NCBI RefSeq assembly: GCF_964194025.1
Contig: NC_134475.1
Coordinates: forward strand, 43,276,001-43,340,000
Source of the DNA: Convolutriloba macropyga
Taxonomy: Eukaryota
Direction: 5' to 3'
DNA: 64,000 bases
Below are positions 1 to 12,826 of the stretch, piece by piece. Under the pieces are notes generated by a model that saw only the letters and a list, made by a program, of their open reading frames with translations, was not told where the DNA came from and searched no databases. A program made the translations under genes and the position numbers. Positions within the stretch are counted from its first letter, which is position 1. Each line of letters begins with the position of its first letter.

Positions 1-829
1 ATGATTACTACCTAGGTCTACTTTTGATTTTGACGGCCTTTACCTTCGCTCGTTGAGAGGGAGATTCTGCGTTAAGTAGACAACACTTGAAGGCGGTCGT
101 TATCTTACAGACAACGCAGCGAATAGAGGGCAATGTTGCAGTTGAAGCCTGTTTGTATGCGCTCCTTTCCTCTGCGTTGGCACTAACTGTCTTTGCGGCA
201 ACCTGCTCATGGTTACGGAATTAGCTCAAAAAGAGTTCGATTTTCTTATAATTGCAAAACAAAAACTTTCAGCTTGACAGGAAAACATTAAATCTGACAA
301 CCTGGCGAAAGCTAACGCTAAATTCCTTCGTTTAGCTTATAGATATTTAGCTTTTAGATAATCAAAACAGAATTATAAAAACTAGTGCAGTTAGGTTGAG
401 AGTGATTCATCTACCGTTAGTTGCTTCTGCTTTTTTATAAAATGTCAACCGAAAAGTCAACATGGTCAGGCATCAGTTTTGCATAAAGACACACACTACT
501 ATAATTTCCTCAAACCTCATCCAATAGAACTTAAGCAAGCAAATAAAGCTGGCATCGAGTATCAGTTTTTCATTTATTTTTTTTTAAAATTTAAATGAAT
601 AAAGCATCCTGGGCTAAACGACATCAAGGTAGGCTATTTTTTTTCACAATTTGACTTTACTCAGTAACTTCCTAGTGGAACAAAACTGGATCGTGACATA
701 CAATGACGTGTTCCCATCACGAATATTGCCAGGATCTTATGCAGATATCTTATCTAGTAAAGTTTCACCTCTCTTCAATTATTGTGATGTCAAATTAACC
801 AATCGTTTAAAAGTACTCACACAGTTTAC

Positions 830-1021
830 TGGGACGCTTCGTTGAGCAGAATCTTGGGACCTTAAAGGCTTTGGTCCCTTTAAGCGCCGTGGCCACCGTC
901 TGATGAAATTAGATCTCTCACTGGGAGCACGAAACACTTTCCTTGCAACATGCTCCATTGTTTTTTTTTTTAACTCCTGCAACCACTTTTCCAGCCAATT
1001 TACATATCTGAAATAAGACAC
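830..1021 (-). pseudogene. Possible relic of a hAT transposase C-terminal dimerisation domain
   Basis: WLEKW...HVARKVFRAPSERSNF loosely resembles the hAT W..ARK...P..SER.FS motif. Confidence 0.25.
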
Positions 1022-1290
1022 CTGTTTTCAGTATAAAAGATTTGGAAGCCGATTAATAAAAGCTGCGCTATAATGACAATTGTACACGTTCGCATCGATT
1101 TACATAAAAATTTACTGTACAAGACGGCACAAACACAGATGCAGAAAAGCTTAATTGGGGGTTAACACACCAAGAGCATATCCGTACATAAAACCATTGA
1201 TCTCATTTTACAACAAGAAATCGTATTTACATATTTAAAAATTTTTTCGTCATAAGTGTTGCTACTGAATTTTAATAAGGATGTATCCTT

Positions 1291-1451
1291 ATCCAATCAA
1301 AAAGCTGTTTTCTGATTGGATGACGCCCGGAGGATATTATGGAGAGCAAGCGTGAGCGAGGGGGAAAATAAAAGGGAGACACTTAACTTTGGAGTGCAAT
1401 TAAGTCAACCTCCACTAATTACTCACTCAATCGACCGACTTCCTTATAAAA
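1291..1451 (+). promoter_or_regulatory. Candidate Six4/5 promoter: inverted pair of CCAAT boxes and a TATA-like box
   Basis: atccaatca (1291-1299) and tgattggat (1313-1321) are exact reverse complements; tataaaa at 1445; about 450-600 bp upstream of the ATG. Confidence 0.35.
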
Positions 1452-1903
1452 ACAACAACAAAAATCAGTTGATCTATTAAATATTATGGTTATTCAAACC
1501 ATTACCAACACAGATTGTTATAGTCACGCTCATTAACATAGCTGTAGGGTATAATCAGGCATCCATTTTTCATTAATTCCTTTCAATTTATTTCAATCAC
1601 AACTTGTTTTAATTTAGATGAATAGTAAAATCTTTTAATTCTAATAAGCAATAAACTGAATCCCAAGTTTAGTTTCCTTGGTCCATTCTCCTCCATTATA
1701 ATTTTTTCCATCTTTCATTAAAATTTTTGGCGCTTGAAACGACTAGTACTAAACGTATTTCTAGTCAACAGCGATAGCTGTAATTGTCATTCGTTTCTGT
1801 TAGTCCTTTTACAGTTTTACAGCTATTTTTTATTAATCGTCAAAATCTAGTCTCTCGTTCCAACAACATAATTTAGCAACCTGCGAATTCAAAAAACGCG
1901 ATT

Positions 1904-2074
1904 ATGTGCGACTTTGGGACAGTTGGCCTTGGTCCTGGTGCCCAATCTAACTTCTACTTCAACAGAGAGCAGATAGAGTGCATAGCCGAGGTCATGTTCC
2001 AGAGTGGAGATGTGGACAAGCTCACTAGATTCCTCTGGACTCTCCCCAGCTCAGAACTTATTCATGGATCAGAG
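1904..2074 (+). CDS. SIX4/5: Six4/5-class SIX homeobox gene, exon 1 (start of SIX domain)
   Basis: ATG at 1904; FNREQIECIAEVMFQSGDVDKLTRFLWTLP resembles the SIX-domain N-terminus; donor GAG|gtaatg at 2075, phase 0. Confidence 0.9.
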
Positions 2075-2243
2075 GTAATGTATGCATTCATAGATTGATT
2101 AGTGTTGAAAAATGATAATTACCCAAAACAACCGCCCCCTTAGTTGAAACAAGCAGAGCATTATCAAATTCTTTGTTTTCTACAACTTTTATCTATTGCT
2201 ACTGCAAAACCATTTATTTCGATAATATTTAATTAAAAAGAAT

Positions 2244-2706
2244 AAACATAGCCGGCAGATTGCCGGAATAGCTGCGAAATAGACTTGCGTGCCGTAAAAT
2301 ACAGATGGAAAAAGATACAGAAGTGAGTTGATAATAGTTATCGCCGCCGCCTATAAAACTTATTTCAAAGGAGGTTGTTTTTGGGTGCAAAAAAAGTTTC
2401 CCTGTCGCGTCTCGAACCGGCGATCTCCGGATTAACAGCCAGTCGCCTTAACTACTCGGCTGTCGGACCATACAAACTGTTTTCTTACAATCAAATTTGT
2501 TTTAGGAACAGATTCTGTTTCTGAATAACCGCAATTTAGGTCACGCAGAAAGCATGAAATCAAGCGCGAAAAAGCCATTTAAGCAGTGACGAGACAGAAT
2601 GTTCTAGAACAAATGTAAAACGAAAATGAAGCGTCAGACGACGAAACAAAAAAAACCAAGAGCACCGCAATATAGCTACGCTCAGCTTACAGCTTCGCAG
2701 CTATAA
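2244..2706 (-). mobile_element. HINE/DINE-1-like non-autonomous Helentron, family A, in Six4/5 intron 1
   Basis: Subterminal IRs atagctgcgaa (2268-2278) and ttcgcagctat (2694-2704), hairpin ccggca-gat-tgccgg (2252-2266) at one end, A-run flanks, no TSD. Confidence 0.7.
2398..2469 (-). pseudogene. tRNA-Asn(GTT)-like sequence inside the HINE-A copy
   Basis: Minus strand ...agccgagtagttaaggcg actgg ctGTTaa tccgg agatc gccggttcgagac... followed by a T run; A- and B-box-like motifs present but stems pair poorly. Confidence 0.6.
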
Positions 2707-2792
2707 TAAAAATAATCGTTCCTCTTGTTTCTAACGTCATTAGAAGTAAGAGTCAATATTTAACTAGTAATCATCGCCACTTTTGCTCCCAG

Positions 2793-2949
2793 GTAGTGAT
2801 GAAATCACGAGCAGTAGTGGCCTTCCACACACGCAACTTCAGAGAACTCTACTCTCTCTTGGAGACATACACATTCAGTCTGAAGAATCACGACCTATTG
2901 CAGGATGTGTGGTACAAAGCTCACTACTACGAGGCAGAGAAGATCAGAG
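2793..2949 (+). CDS. SIX4/5: Six4/5 exon 2 (SIX domain)
   Basis: Acceptor ttttgctcccag| at 2792; VVMKSRAVVAFH...LQDVWYKAHYYEAEKIRG; donor G|gtaagt at 2950, phase 1. Confidence 0.93.
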
Positions 2950-3338
2950 GTAAGTTTGGGCATCTTTATGACAAGTAAGGATTATTCAGGTGAAAAGGAT
3001 AATCTATACTCAAAAGAAGCGGTTCGATTGTATTCAGTTAATATGCTAAGAAAACATTTCAAGGCCTAAAAAAAACTTAGGAAGGAATAGAGATCTCAAT
3101 ATCAATCAGTGATGATCCTCAGGACGGTAACCATTAAAACCCGAGTTTTCAAAAGTTCTGTTAGTGAGTCCGGAAACCTGGATATCAAGCTGAAAACAAA
3201 GAGATCGCAAACTAAAAATATCAGTTTTTTTTTAATTTTTTTATTCGTCAGCAGCTTTGCATCAGGAAAGCTGCAATCGATGACAATATTTCGAAGGCAA
3301 CGTTTTGGGAAGCAACACTTTATTTCCTCTTTTTTTAG

Positions 3339-3594
3339 GACGCGCACTTGGAGCCGTGGACAAATATCGCATCCGAAGGAAATTCCCTCTCCCAAAGACT
3401 ATCTGGGACGGGGAAGAGACTATCTACTGCTTCAAGGAGAAGTCACGCAACAAACTCAAAGAGAGCTACAAGAAGAACAAATACCCCACCCCTGAGGAGA
3501 AAAAAGCACTGGCCAAGAGTTCTGGCCTTACACTGACACAAGTCAGCAACTGGTTCAAAAACAGACGACAAAGAGATAGAACTCCACACAAAAA
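3339..3594 (+). CDS. SIX4/5: Six4/5 exon 3 (end of SIX domain plus homeodomain)
   Basis: Acceptor tttttttag| at 3338; [36 protein letters not shown]...[15 protein letters not shown]; tetrapeptide ETIY is closest to Six4/5 ETVY (Six1/2 ETSY, Six3/6 QKTH); donor AA|gttagt at 3595, phase 2. Confidence 0.95.
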
Positions 3595-3975
3595 GTTAGT
3601 ATCGAAATTACAGCAAACTACAGCTATTATATCCTCCTTTAAACATCGGTTCGCTTATGCTTGTATTAATTTCAAACACATTCTCAACAAGTATAGTTCA
3701 CAGAGCCATCATCGTGTCACATATTTTAAAACAAAAATCCAGGAACAAAGTTCAGAACAATTCGTCCAGGAACAAAGTTCCGGAAAAATTTCAACATTCG
3801 GATGCATAATTTCTAAGCATTAGTCAAAAATGCTCATGTTTCAATTTTCCACATGTACTAACCACTACTGTGTACTTTCCCGTAGCTTTGCTAACTTTAC
3901 CTGAAAATTTGACAAAACAATTTCAAAAAATGGCACTGAACTCCAGCAGGATTATTTTTTTATAACTTTGTTTAG

Positions 3976-4588
3976 CCACGATGGCAGTGATAGCGAAGAT
4001 GAACTCACAATAGACCACAAGGGCAAATTTGTGTCCTTAAAAGCCAACTCAACAACTACAGCCAATAGCAACACTCATCCATCAATATACGCAAACACAG
4101 CACAAAATCATCTCAACACCAACTACTCTTCAACCAACAGCACTTCCAAGCAAAGCAATAATTACAGATCAATTGAATCTAATCAACAAAAAATAACCAT
4201 GCCAAATATTTTTCCACAATCTGAGCACAAACATTCGTCAACAAAAAACGGATTCAAAAAGAGCCCAGACTCACAACATCCGAAGAAAAACCTAGCCGCA
4301 ACATTTACCAGTGGAGCAAACAATGTCAAAACTGGCTCCCAAAATACAAAACCGGCGATTCGCCAAGCTCCAAACACGAACTCTATAGCCAATAGCGGCC
4401 TAGCACCCTATCACGCGCTTGGGCTATTTGCCCACAATGCGAATGTACCCGATGGCACCCACAAACTGGCCGACGTCTCCTCAGAACATCAAAACCAACC
4501 CGTTGCTTTTGAGTCTATTATTTCTGCAAACACAATTAGCCCTTATCACAACGCAGCAGCTTACTTACAGTCTTTCTCCAAAAACTGA
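3976..4588 (+). CDS. SIX4/5: Six4/5 exon 4 (S/N/T-rich C-terminal region, stop)
   Basis: Acceptor tttgtttag| at 3975 whose phase (AA+C) joins the 3968..4588 open frame; total CDS 1197 nt. Confidence 0.8.
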
Positions 4589-5913
4589 TAATTATGAAAT
4601 TCAATTTGCACAGCTATATATCATTGAAGTTTTAATTTCAAATTCTTTTTAATCAAGACATAGATCATACAAAAACGAGTATGATCTCTTCGATAAGTAT
4701 ATGATAACCATTTTCTTGCATTTTGAAATTTCATCAATGGTTTAAATTACTTGTTATGGCGAGCTTATGATCGAAGAGTAACTGCTTTTAAGCAGTAATC
4801 AGTGCAAATACTTAGCACTAATATGAAAGTATTTTAGAAGCTCGAATTCAAATTGCATCATTATGCACATCCAAAATTTGTCCACTGAAATTGGAATCCT
4901 CTTAGAAAGATTGTAGGATTGTAGAAAAATTCGAGGTTCAATCTGCTCATATAAACAAGGTATTTTTGCCGTGAAATCCAATTTATCAGACTTTAAAATT
5001 TATCAGAGTGAAATCGGTCATATATTTTCACACAACAATAACTGACTGCGCAGCTCAGTAGAATAGAAAACGGGAGCAAAATACAATTAGGTACTATTTC
5101 AAATTCAATTACCCCTCCGTTTGGATAAGCCGATAATCACTCCACACGGGCTAACTAGGTGGCAGATTTTACACAGTCAGTGCTAATAACTATAGCCTAT
5201 TCTCTGTCTATTTACACCCCACTTACTAAGGACACCCTATTGATAATCCTATTTTGCCACTTCACTTCAAAAAACAGCAAATTTTGCAGATTTTAACAAA
5301 AGTTGTCTCAGATCTTTTGGCCTTGATTGTATGCTTCGAATACACTAGCCTGGTTTTCTAAAAACTAAAAAAACTCATTTTAGTTTGTTCACAAAAAAAT
5401 TAGATGTCATAATCCTGATATAATTTGAGATGTAATGATGATCTCTAATAAAAAAGGAATTGCAGGAAATGAGCAAACAGCTTTATTTCACGAGAAAACT
5501 TCATATATCGCAGATATAGCTGCTGCTCTTGAAGAGTATTAAAAAATTGCAAAATTTTCAAAGTGGATTGCAAAACTTCAAGAAAACTATGAAATCTGTG
5601 AACACTTATGGTAAAATCTTCAATTAACATTTTTTCACAAAAAATTTCAAAGACAATAGGTATACGTGCAAATAGTAAATATCGTAAAAAGAAAAGTATT
5701 GCACATTAGAGTGATTAAATTTGAAAACTATATTGGTGCCCCAGCGAAGTTACATAAAGAACTTGTTGATAAGTTATATTTATCATAACTAGTTACAAAA
5801 AGCATGCTTCACATAATCTCATCATAGTAAATTTACTCGAACAGCTTACAAAAACACGTGAACAATATGACAATTATACGTCTATAACAACTTTAAACGA
5901 ATTTGAACTGAGC

Positions 5914-6337
5914 TGTGACCGGCACAAAAAAGGCACGCAGTGAAGTTCATTAAACTACACTGCTTTATTGCTAGAGAAATAAACAAATTACAGAGTAAAA
6001 AAACAAGGGCCAGACAACGCAATATTAATCGATGCTGTAATTCTCAATATTGCTCAATTAAACCACAGGTAGAACTAAAATAAGAATACTCTGAACTTTC
6101 TCAATGCAGCATCTATCGCAAATAGCGGAGTCATTGTTTTAATTGAAATTATCCAACTTTCAATTTTAAACGCAAACTTTAAAACGCGAGTTGATGTTGC
6201 GATCGATCTGAGATATCACACAATGGCATGATTCAATGAGGGCAAAAACTAAGACAATTACAAATTGAGTTGACAATTAAGCGCAACTGCTTAAAAATAC
6301 ATTTCAAAAGAATCAACATGGGAGTGATGTCGTCACA
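5914..6337 (-). mobile_element. Possible solo LTR
   Basis: tgtgac...gtcaca inverted termini; minus-strand AATAAA about 50 bp from the end; flanks tgagc/tgaat match only 3 of 5. Confidence 0.3.
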
Positions 6338-7232
6338 TGAATTTAAAAGCTGCAAATGAAAACTAATTAAAATCTTCTTTAAGAAAGTTCTCGTTTCAAT
6401 TTCACGAAGACTAATTTACAGTCAATAATAAATTTTTCGGTGGAAGACGAACAAGGTGAGGAAATATTGCACCAAAAACAACAGCTTCGTGGAAAGTGCA
6501 CTAGAATGTATTTGCTTTTGGGTACCTTTTAATCCCCTTTTTGAGGACGAAAAGTCAAATGGTTCAGACGAGAACTCGGTCAAGCGAAAAATCACATAAG
6601 GACAAACAACAAAATTAGCACCAACAAAAATTTCACGGCAAAAACTCAATATCTAAATTTAAAAGCACCTAGTAACAACGTCAAAAAGCAGTCACACAAA
6701 ACCTTAACTACACAAGTTTACTTTATACTAAATGTACAGCAGATGGAGAGTTTTCCTAATGAGATTAGGTAACAAGCCGACAAAAAGAACGAACAGAGAG
6801 GCGAAACTTAGAAATTAATCAACGTTTTTACACCAAGAAATGAAAGAAATTTAATTAAATATTCCTTGATAAATTAATAAAAAGTTATTACAAAACCAAA
6901 AAGTCCTTTTGGTTAGAATAAGCCATAGAAACTAACACAATAGAAACTCAAAAAAATACACACGATTTGCGAAAACACAAACTATTGCTACAATTAATAT
7001 CAGTAGCTATCATCTGAATATTATGTATTTTTTATTTCAGCTGTTATTTCTACTAATTCAGCTGAAGTATTAACACTGAGAGATTAAATAGGTTTACTTG
7101 GTCCACATTTGAAAACCCTTGGCCTCTGTTATTACGCGATTGTTCTGAAAGAAGAGAAAAAGAAACACAAAAATTGGCCGCTCAATAAACGTTCATAAAA
7201 ACGCATATTGCCTAACAAACAAAACATTAGTG

Positions 7233-7756
7233 AAACATAGCCGGCAGATTGCCGGAATAGCTGCGAAAGAATAGACCTGCGTGCCATATAATAGAGATAG
7301 AAACAGATACAGATCTAAACTGAAAAAAATCGACGCCGCTCAAAAAACTAGGCTGAAAACATTCAGCGATAAATTAATAAAGCTTGTTAAAATCCATTCC
7401 ACAGTAGCCTCTTATCAGGGACCTTTACTGCACATATGAGTTCCTTTGACCTGAAACAAATTCAATTTAAACTTAAGTTTTACAGTGCAGAAGCCATTTT
7501 ATTGAGTGAGGTAAGTCACGTATGATCAAAATCTAATCACGCAAATAACCTAAAAACTTTCGCTAAAGCGAGTGAGAAATGACGTCACGCGCGCAAATGC
7601 CGTTAGTGAGAGGAAGAAGTCATTCAGAAAATTTGACTTTTTTAGCTTTGCTGTGTGAACAAATGTAAAACGAAAAAAGAGCGTCAGACGACGAAACAAA
7701 AAAAACCAAGAGCACCGCAATACAGCTACGCTCAGCTAACAGCTTTGCAGCTATAA
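7233..7756 (-). mobile_element. HINE-like family A copy
   Basis: Same aaacatagccggcagattgccggaatagctgcgaaa start and gagcaccgcaata...gcagctataa end as 2244-2706, different interior. Confidence 0.72.
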
Positions 7757-8199
7757 AAATAATATCGCCACATATAAATTTTCTCGAAATACGAGAAATA
7801 GGATGGGACCTCTCATTGATGAACATAAGTTACAATTTGACGAAAAGAACAAAAACTGAAAAGTTGGAAAAATATTTCAAAATGTTTATCAAAACTTTAA
7901 GATTATTCGCTATAAACTGACTGCTTCGGGTAACATCAATCATTCAATCCTCAATTACAAGCCTATGAGACCTGTCAATAATTTGCGGCTACCTAAAGAA
8001 CAAAAACAACAAGTTCAAGAAAAAGATGAGAGAAAAAAGTCGAAGGCGTTAAAAAATGAACTTTTCACTAAAAATTCTTCTATTTCCTATCATTTTTTAA
8101 GAGCAATGGCATTTCTCATTTTTTGTCAAAATAATTTCAAAAAATCAACAATTATCAACAAATACATTAGAACCACGAAATTTTCGAGGCAACACGTTT

Positions 8200-9780
8200 T
8201 ATCAACGCCATTAAATTCATTAGCTTTGCACGGAAGCCAGTAAATACGCTAAATTATGCCTCGATGGGACAACAAGTTTCTTTGCCAATCATATTTTAGC
8301 AATAAAATCTTAAAACAAGTTATTGACTATGAAAACAACAACAGAGACAGGCAAAAACCAAAAATTAATTAGAAAAAGGCCAGAAGAAATTGTCGAAGCA
8401 ATTCAAATCGTAAGCTCTTCTTTAAAAAATATCTATGATCCGTTGAACTTCTTCTCTGAACCAACGGGGGCTATCAGCAGTGAGATGATGGGATAAGATT
8501 TCAAAAGGAACCAAAAATAAAATAAAGTACCCGAATAATTAAAAAAAAAAGAAATCTCGTGGCATTAAATATTTAAAACTAATAGGTAGAAGATAAAGCC
8601 GCTAACCAGATTAGTTTTGGCTGCAGTAGAACGGAAAGAGATTCTGTTAGTACTGACATTGACCAGAACTTCGCGAAAAAAAGTTTAAGGTTGGTTAATG
8701 TTCAAAAAAATTCTCAAAAAATTATTTTTAAATTCTTAACAGCCATTAAATTCAAAATCTTTCAACGGAGCTTAATAACTACGCTCAGATATAACCCGAT
8801 GGGAGACGAATATTGTTTGTCATGCATAGATAAATATTAAGACATCACAAAAGGTCTTATGAATGTGAAAACAATAAAAACAGGCAAAAACAAAAATTCA
8901 GTAGAAAAGTGGGAGAAGAAAGTGTCGAAACCAATTAAACAATTAGCTTTTCCCTGAAACAATTAGCTTTTCCCTGAAAACTTTTCCCCTCTCTAAGCCA
9001 ATGGGGCTATAAATATTTTTTGATAATGTGTAAAATGTTTGGATAATGTGATAAGAGTTCAAAAGTAACCAATAATACAAAAATATCCAAAAAAATTAAA
9101 AAAAAAAAGAACTGAAATCTTGTGTCATTGAAGTCATATAACCAATAGTTAGAAGAAAAAACCGCTAACCAGATTCAATTTAATTGCAATAGAAAGCAAG
9201 TGGGTCCTGTCAGTACTGACACTGACTAACAGTTCACAAAAAAGTTTAATATTTGTTAGTGTTCGAAAAAATTTTCGAAAAATTATTTTAAATTCTTAAC
9301 AGCCATAAATTTCAATAGCTTTCAACGGAAGTCAATAAATACTCTCAAAGGTGCCCCCATGGGAGTACATCTATGTTGGTCATGCATAGGTAATCAACAA
9401 GATATCACAATAAGTCTTATGACTATTAAAACACCAACAAAAACAGTCAAAAACCAAAAAGTCAAAAAAAAGTGCAAGAACGTGTCGAAGCCATCTAAAC
9501 CACTTTTTCTCAGAAATTTTTATCTCTGATCCACTGAACACTTTCTTTAAGCCAATGGGAGACATCAAAATTTGGATAATGTGATAAGATTTCAAAAGAA
9601 ACCAATAATACGAAAAAAAAAATCTTGTGTCATTGAAGTCATATAACCAATAGTTAGAAGATAAAAGCACTCATCAGATTGAATTTGGTTGCAGTAGGAA
9701 GGAGGAGGGTGCTGTCACCCCTGTACAGAAATACAGTTCACGATAATAATAATTTTTTAAGTCTTAACAGCCATTAGCTG
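8200..9780. repeat. Diverged tandem repeat, about 3 units of 470-560 bp
   Basis: aac(a)gccat motif with shared downstream sequence near 8203, 8738, 9298, 9766. Confidence 0.75.
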
Positions 9781-12202
9781 TCCCCTCAAAGCACTAGATA
9801 TGTTCACTTAATGCTCATCATGGAAAATATTGCACTGTTAGTCAATGAATCAAAGCCCTAGGACTAAAAAATAGTAAAACCTCAAAAACAGATTAAAATT
9901 TTCATTTAAAAATTTGAAAACTCAGAATCGAAGCCAAAAAAAACATGCGCAATTCCTTGAAAACGATGTTTTTTTGTTCATTGGGCTTCATTTGAATGTA
10001 AAGAAGGTTTGTCATTAATCGAACCTCGATATAAAAAGTGACTTGTCTCTAGGTGACTTAAAAAAAGCAAAAAAAGAGAAAATTTTTTTAAAAAAAGCTC
10101 TCAAAAAGAATTCGAATTTTTTTTGATAGTGAACTTCACTATGAGACCAGAACTAGTATTTTTTATCGCCTTTAGTCTATTAGGAACACAAAATTGGTCC
10201 ATTTTTTGTCGTGAAATTTAATTTTGAATTACTATTTTTATAGAAAATATTTTAATTTTGAGAAAAATTACACTAAAAGTGAACAAAACATCCCGTGTTC
10301 ACACAAAATTTCAATCCTCGATAACTCCTCGAAAAAAACGAAATCAAAAAAATCTTTTTAATTTTGAATTCTACGCTGCACCAGCTTTTTAATGACACCA
10401 CTCACATTTCTCTACGACGAATATATCGATCGGCCAAAATTGACTGAACAAAAAAAAACCCGTTTGAGTATATAGTTCCCCCCCCCCCCCCCCCCCTCCA
10501 CAAGTGGGGTCGGAACAATAATTTAAAAAATTATACCAACGTTGGTGCAGTTTTAACCTGGCTTTTAGTAGTGAACAACCGCCACTGGAGTTCAGTTGTT
10601 GAATGAGAGCGAAATTTAGCAAAAACAAAAGGGTAGAGCGAAATTTAGCAAAAACAAAAGTCAAAGCGGTAAAGCATAAAAAGGACCAACAGGTTTAGAA
10701 TAATTGCTTCAAACTTTGTTCGAGAGCAATTAAAAAAGTAGGTAGCTGGTCAGTGCAGAAATTTCACGTCCTTCGGTCAAATTTGTGAACAATACAAAAT
10801 TCAACTTCCAGTCGTAATACCACCATGAGATCAGTAACAGCTGTTCTTTCGCAGCTATCAAACTTGTCACACACAATACTTATGTAAAAAAATAATAATC
10901 CGCCTTTCTCGAAGATGCAACTTGGAAAAGTTAGTGGTTAAGTGTACTCGAATGATAAGGAACGAAACAACAACAATTCCTCTTGCAATCTCTAACGCAT
11001 GGATATAAATATACTGGGGATGCAATAGCTCTTCTCCTCAACACAAATATACTCATCTTTCGTTGACATTTTCTTTCGTTGACAAATTTTCTTTTATTCA
11101 GGTACTTTACGAGTTCGCAAAATCTTCAAACTTCGCAAAACTTTCAAACTTCCGATCTTTAAGCAATTTCAATGATTTAGAGATTACTTCGATGCCAAGC
11201 GAGAAACTACACATATTTATGTTACGCATTTAAGCCAAAAAAATCAGTTAAACGATGTGTTCGTGGTTTGCCTAGCTATACACAAAGAGGGTACAACTTT
11301 CAATGTTCATTGCTTGCAATTGTGAATCAATAGATCATCCAAAACTTTTCAGTTTATTACTCCACGAAGAAGACGAAACCCCCCTCTATTTCCACGGAGG
11401 CCTTTTTCAATCTTTCAATCTAGTTTATTTCCTTAATGTCCTTTATTATCTATAACTGATAACTTCAGCTTTCTTCTTAAACCGGCTCGCTTCTAAGAAA
11501 AGTATCAATTAGCCCTCAACACTCATCGCAAAGACGCAATTAAAACCACATCCTAACCAACAACTTTGAGGATGTGTGTTAACTAGGGAGTTAAATTTGA
11601 GATATAATTAGTAAAAGACACCCAGTTATAACAGGGTTGTTAATGGGAACTCAAAGGAAATTGGAGAAATGGAGCGAACATGAGAAAGAGCGAGTGTGGA
11701 TTAAGTGAGCGGGCAAATGTGGATAAATTTGGGTGAGAATAATCGCAGTGGGTGGGAGACAACATATCCTTATCTACAACTGCTTAGGAGAAGGGATATG
11801 CAATTATTAACGCATCACTAAACTGACCGTCTAAAATTTTGAACTTTCGGAAAATTGTTTGAAAGACAAGATCAAGCATGAAAAAGGACTAGCTAGATCA
11901 TTGACTTCGATTTTTCTAGTAGAAGAGAATAGTAACAATAAGATAGCTTCTGCTGTTGAACATATAAATAGACTTTTGATAATCAGAAATGTTAACATTG
12001 ACTGGAGACCGGAATAGCCCATAAAATACGAACTTAAGGTCTTCGAATGTATACATAGCTGGTTTTACAATGAGACATCAAGGAAAAAAGCAAGCGATCT
12101 CGCAAAAACGGTAAATTAGACTCGAAAATTGCCATTAGACAATTATAAGACTCGAAAATTGTCATTAGACAATTATTTCATATCAAATAAGAGCGGGCGG
12201 AT

Positions 12203-12826
12203 TTAAATTTTCTGAATAATCACACACCAATTTCCATCATCGTAATAACTGTGTACAATTTCAACTTTGTTTCCATCACACTTAGAACTCAAACAAAGCT
12301 TTTCCAATTCATTTTTGCGAAACAAATGATAAAATCGGTAAAATGTCTCGTCCGTTTGTTTAGACTGTCCATTGCATTTTGCTTTTTGATCGCGTTTTGC
12401 AAACGGTACAAATAAATCTTGTTGCTGAAATGGGGTTCTGTTCACATGATATTCAATTACTTCTGACTCGCTATTTTCAGTTGCATCTAATTCCTTTTGT
12501 TTTGACTCCAATACTGTTTTCGGAGTAAACAAGTCTTCAATTTGACCTTTTTTGGAAGATATGTAATTTGACTTTTCATTGTTCATGTTTTGTTCCATGG
12601 CCCAAACGTATATCAACGCTTTACCCCCTGGTCGAAGTAACCTCAAAAATTCACTGATAACTTCTTTCCTTCTTTCTAATGTTGATAAATGGTGAATGAC
12701 AGCAATTGAAATTATGTAATCACAGCAGTTATTGCGTAACGGCGTGTTGAGGCAGTCTGTCGTCATAACTTGAAATCCACGCTCTGAACAGATGTCGATT
12801 AGCCCCGAACTGTTGTCTAATCCAAC
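12203..12826 (-). CDS. ALKBH8: ALKBH8 exon 8 (methyltransferase C-terminus, stop)
   Basis: tttttcag| acceptor; ISIAVIHHLST..RR, ALIYVWAMEQ, QQDLFVP, RFYHLFRKNEL, SYYDDGNWCVI; summed CDS 1998 nt = 665 aa plus stop. Confidence 0.94.
   Translation of the reverse strand, partial: VGLDNSSGLIDICSERGFQVMTTDCLNTPLRNNCCDYIISIAVIHHLSTLERRKEVISEFLRLLRPGGKALIYVWAMEQNMNNEKSNYISSKKGQIEDLFTPKTVLESKQKELDATENSESEVIEYHVNRTPFQQQDLFVPFAKRDQKAKCNGQSKQTDETFYRFYHLFRKNELEKLCLSSKCDGNKVEIVHSYYDDGNWCVIIQKI

Noticed and set aside
10-220. Stop-free minus-strand frame of about 70 codons at the window start
   Set aside because: No in-frame start or clean acceptor and no recognisable motif; cannot be supported
2398-2469. 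Functional tRNA-Asn gene
   Set aside because: Acceptor, anticodon and T stems do not pair properly; kept as pseudogene-like
3102-3536. Alternative-frame ORFs overlapping Six4/5 intron 2 and exon 3
   Set aside because: Explained as shadow frames of the homeobox exon and intron sequence
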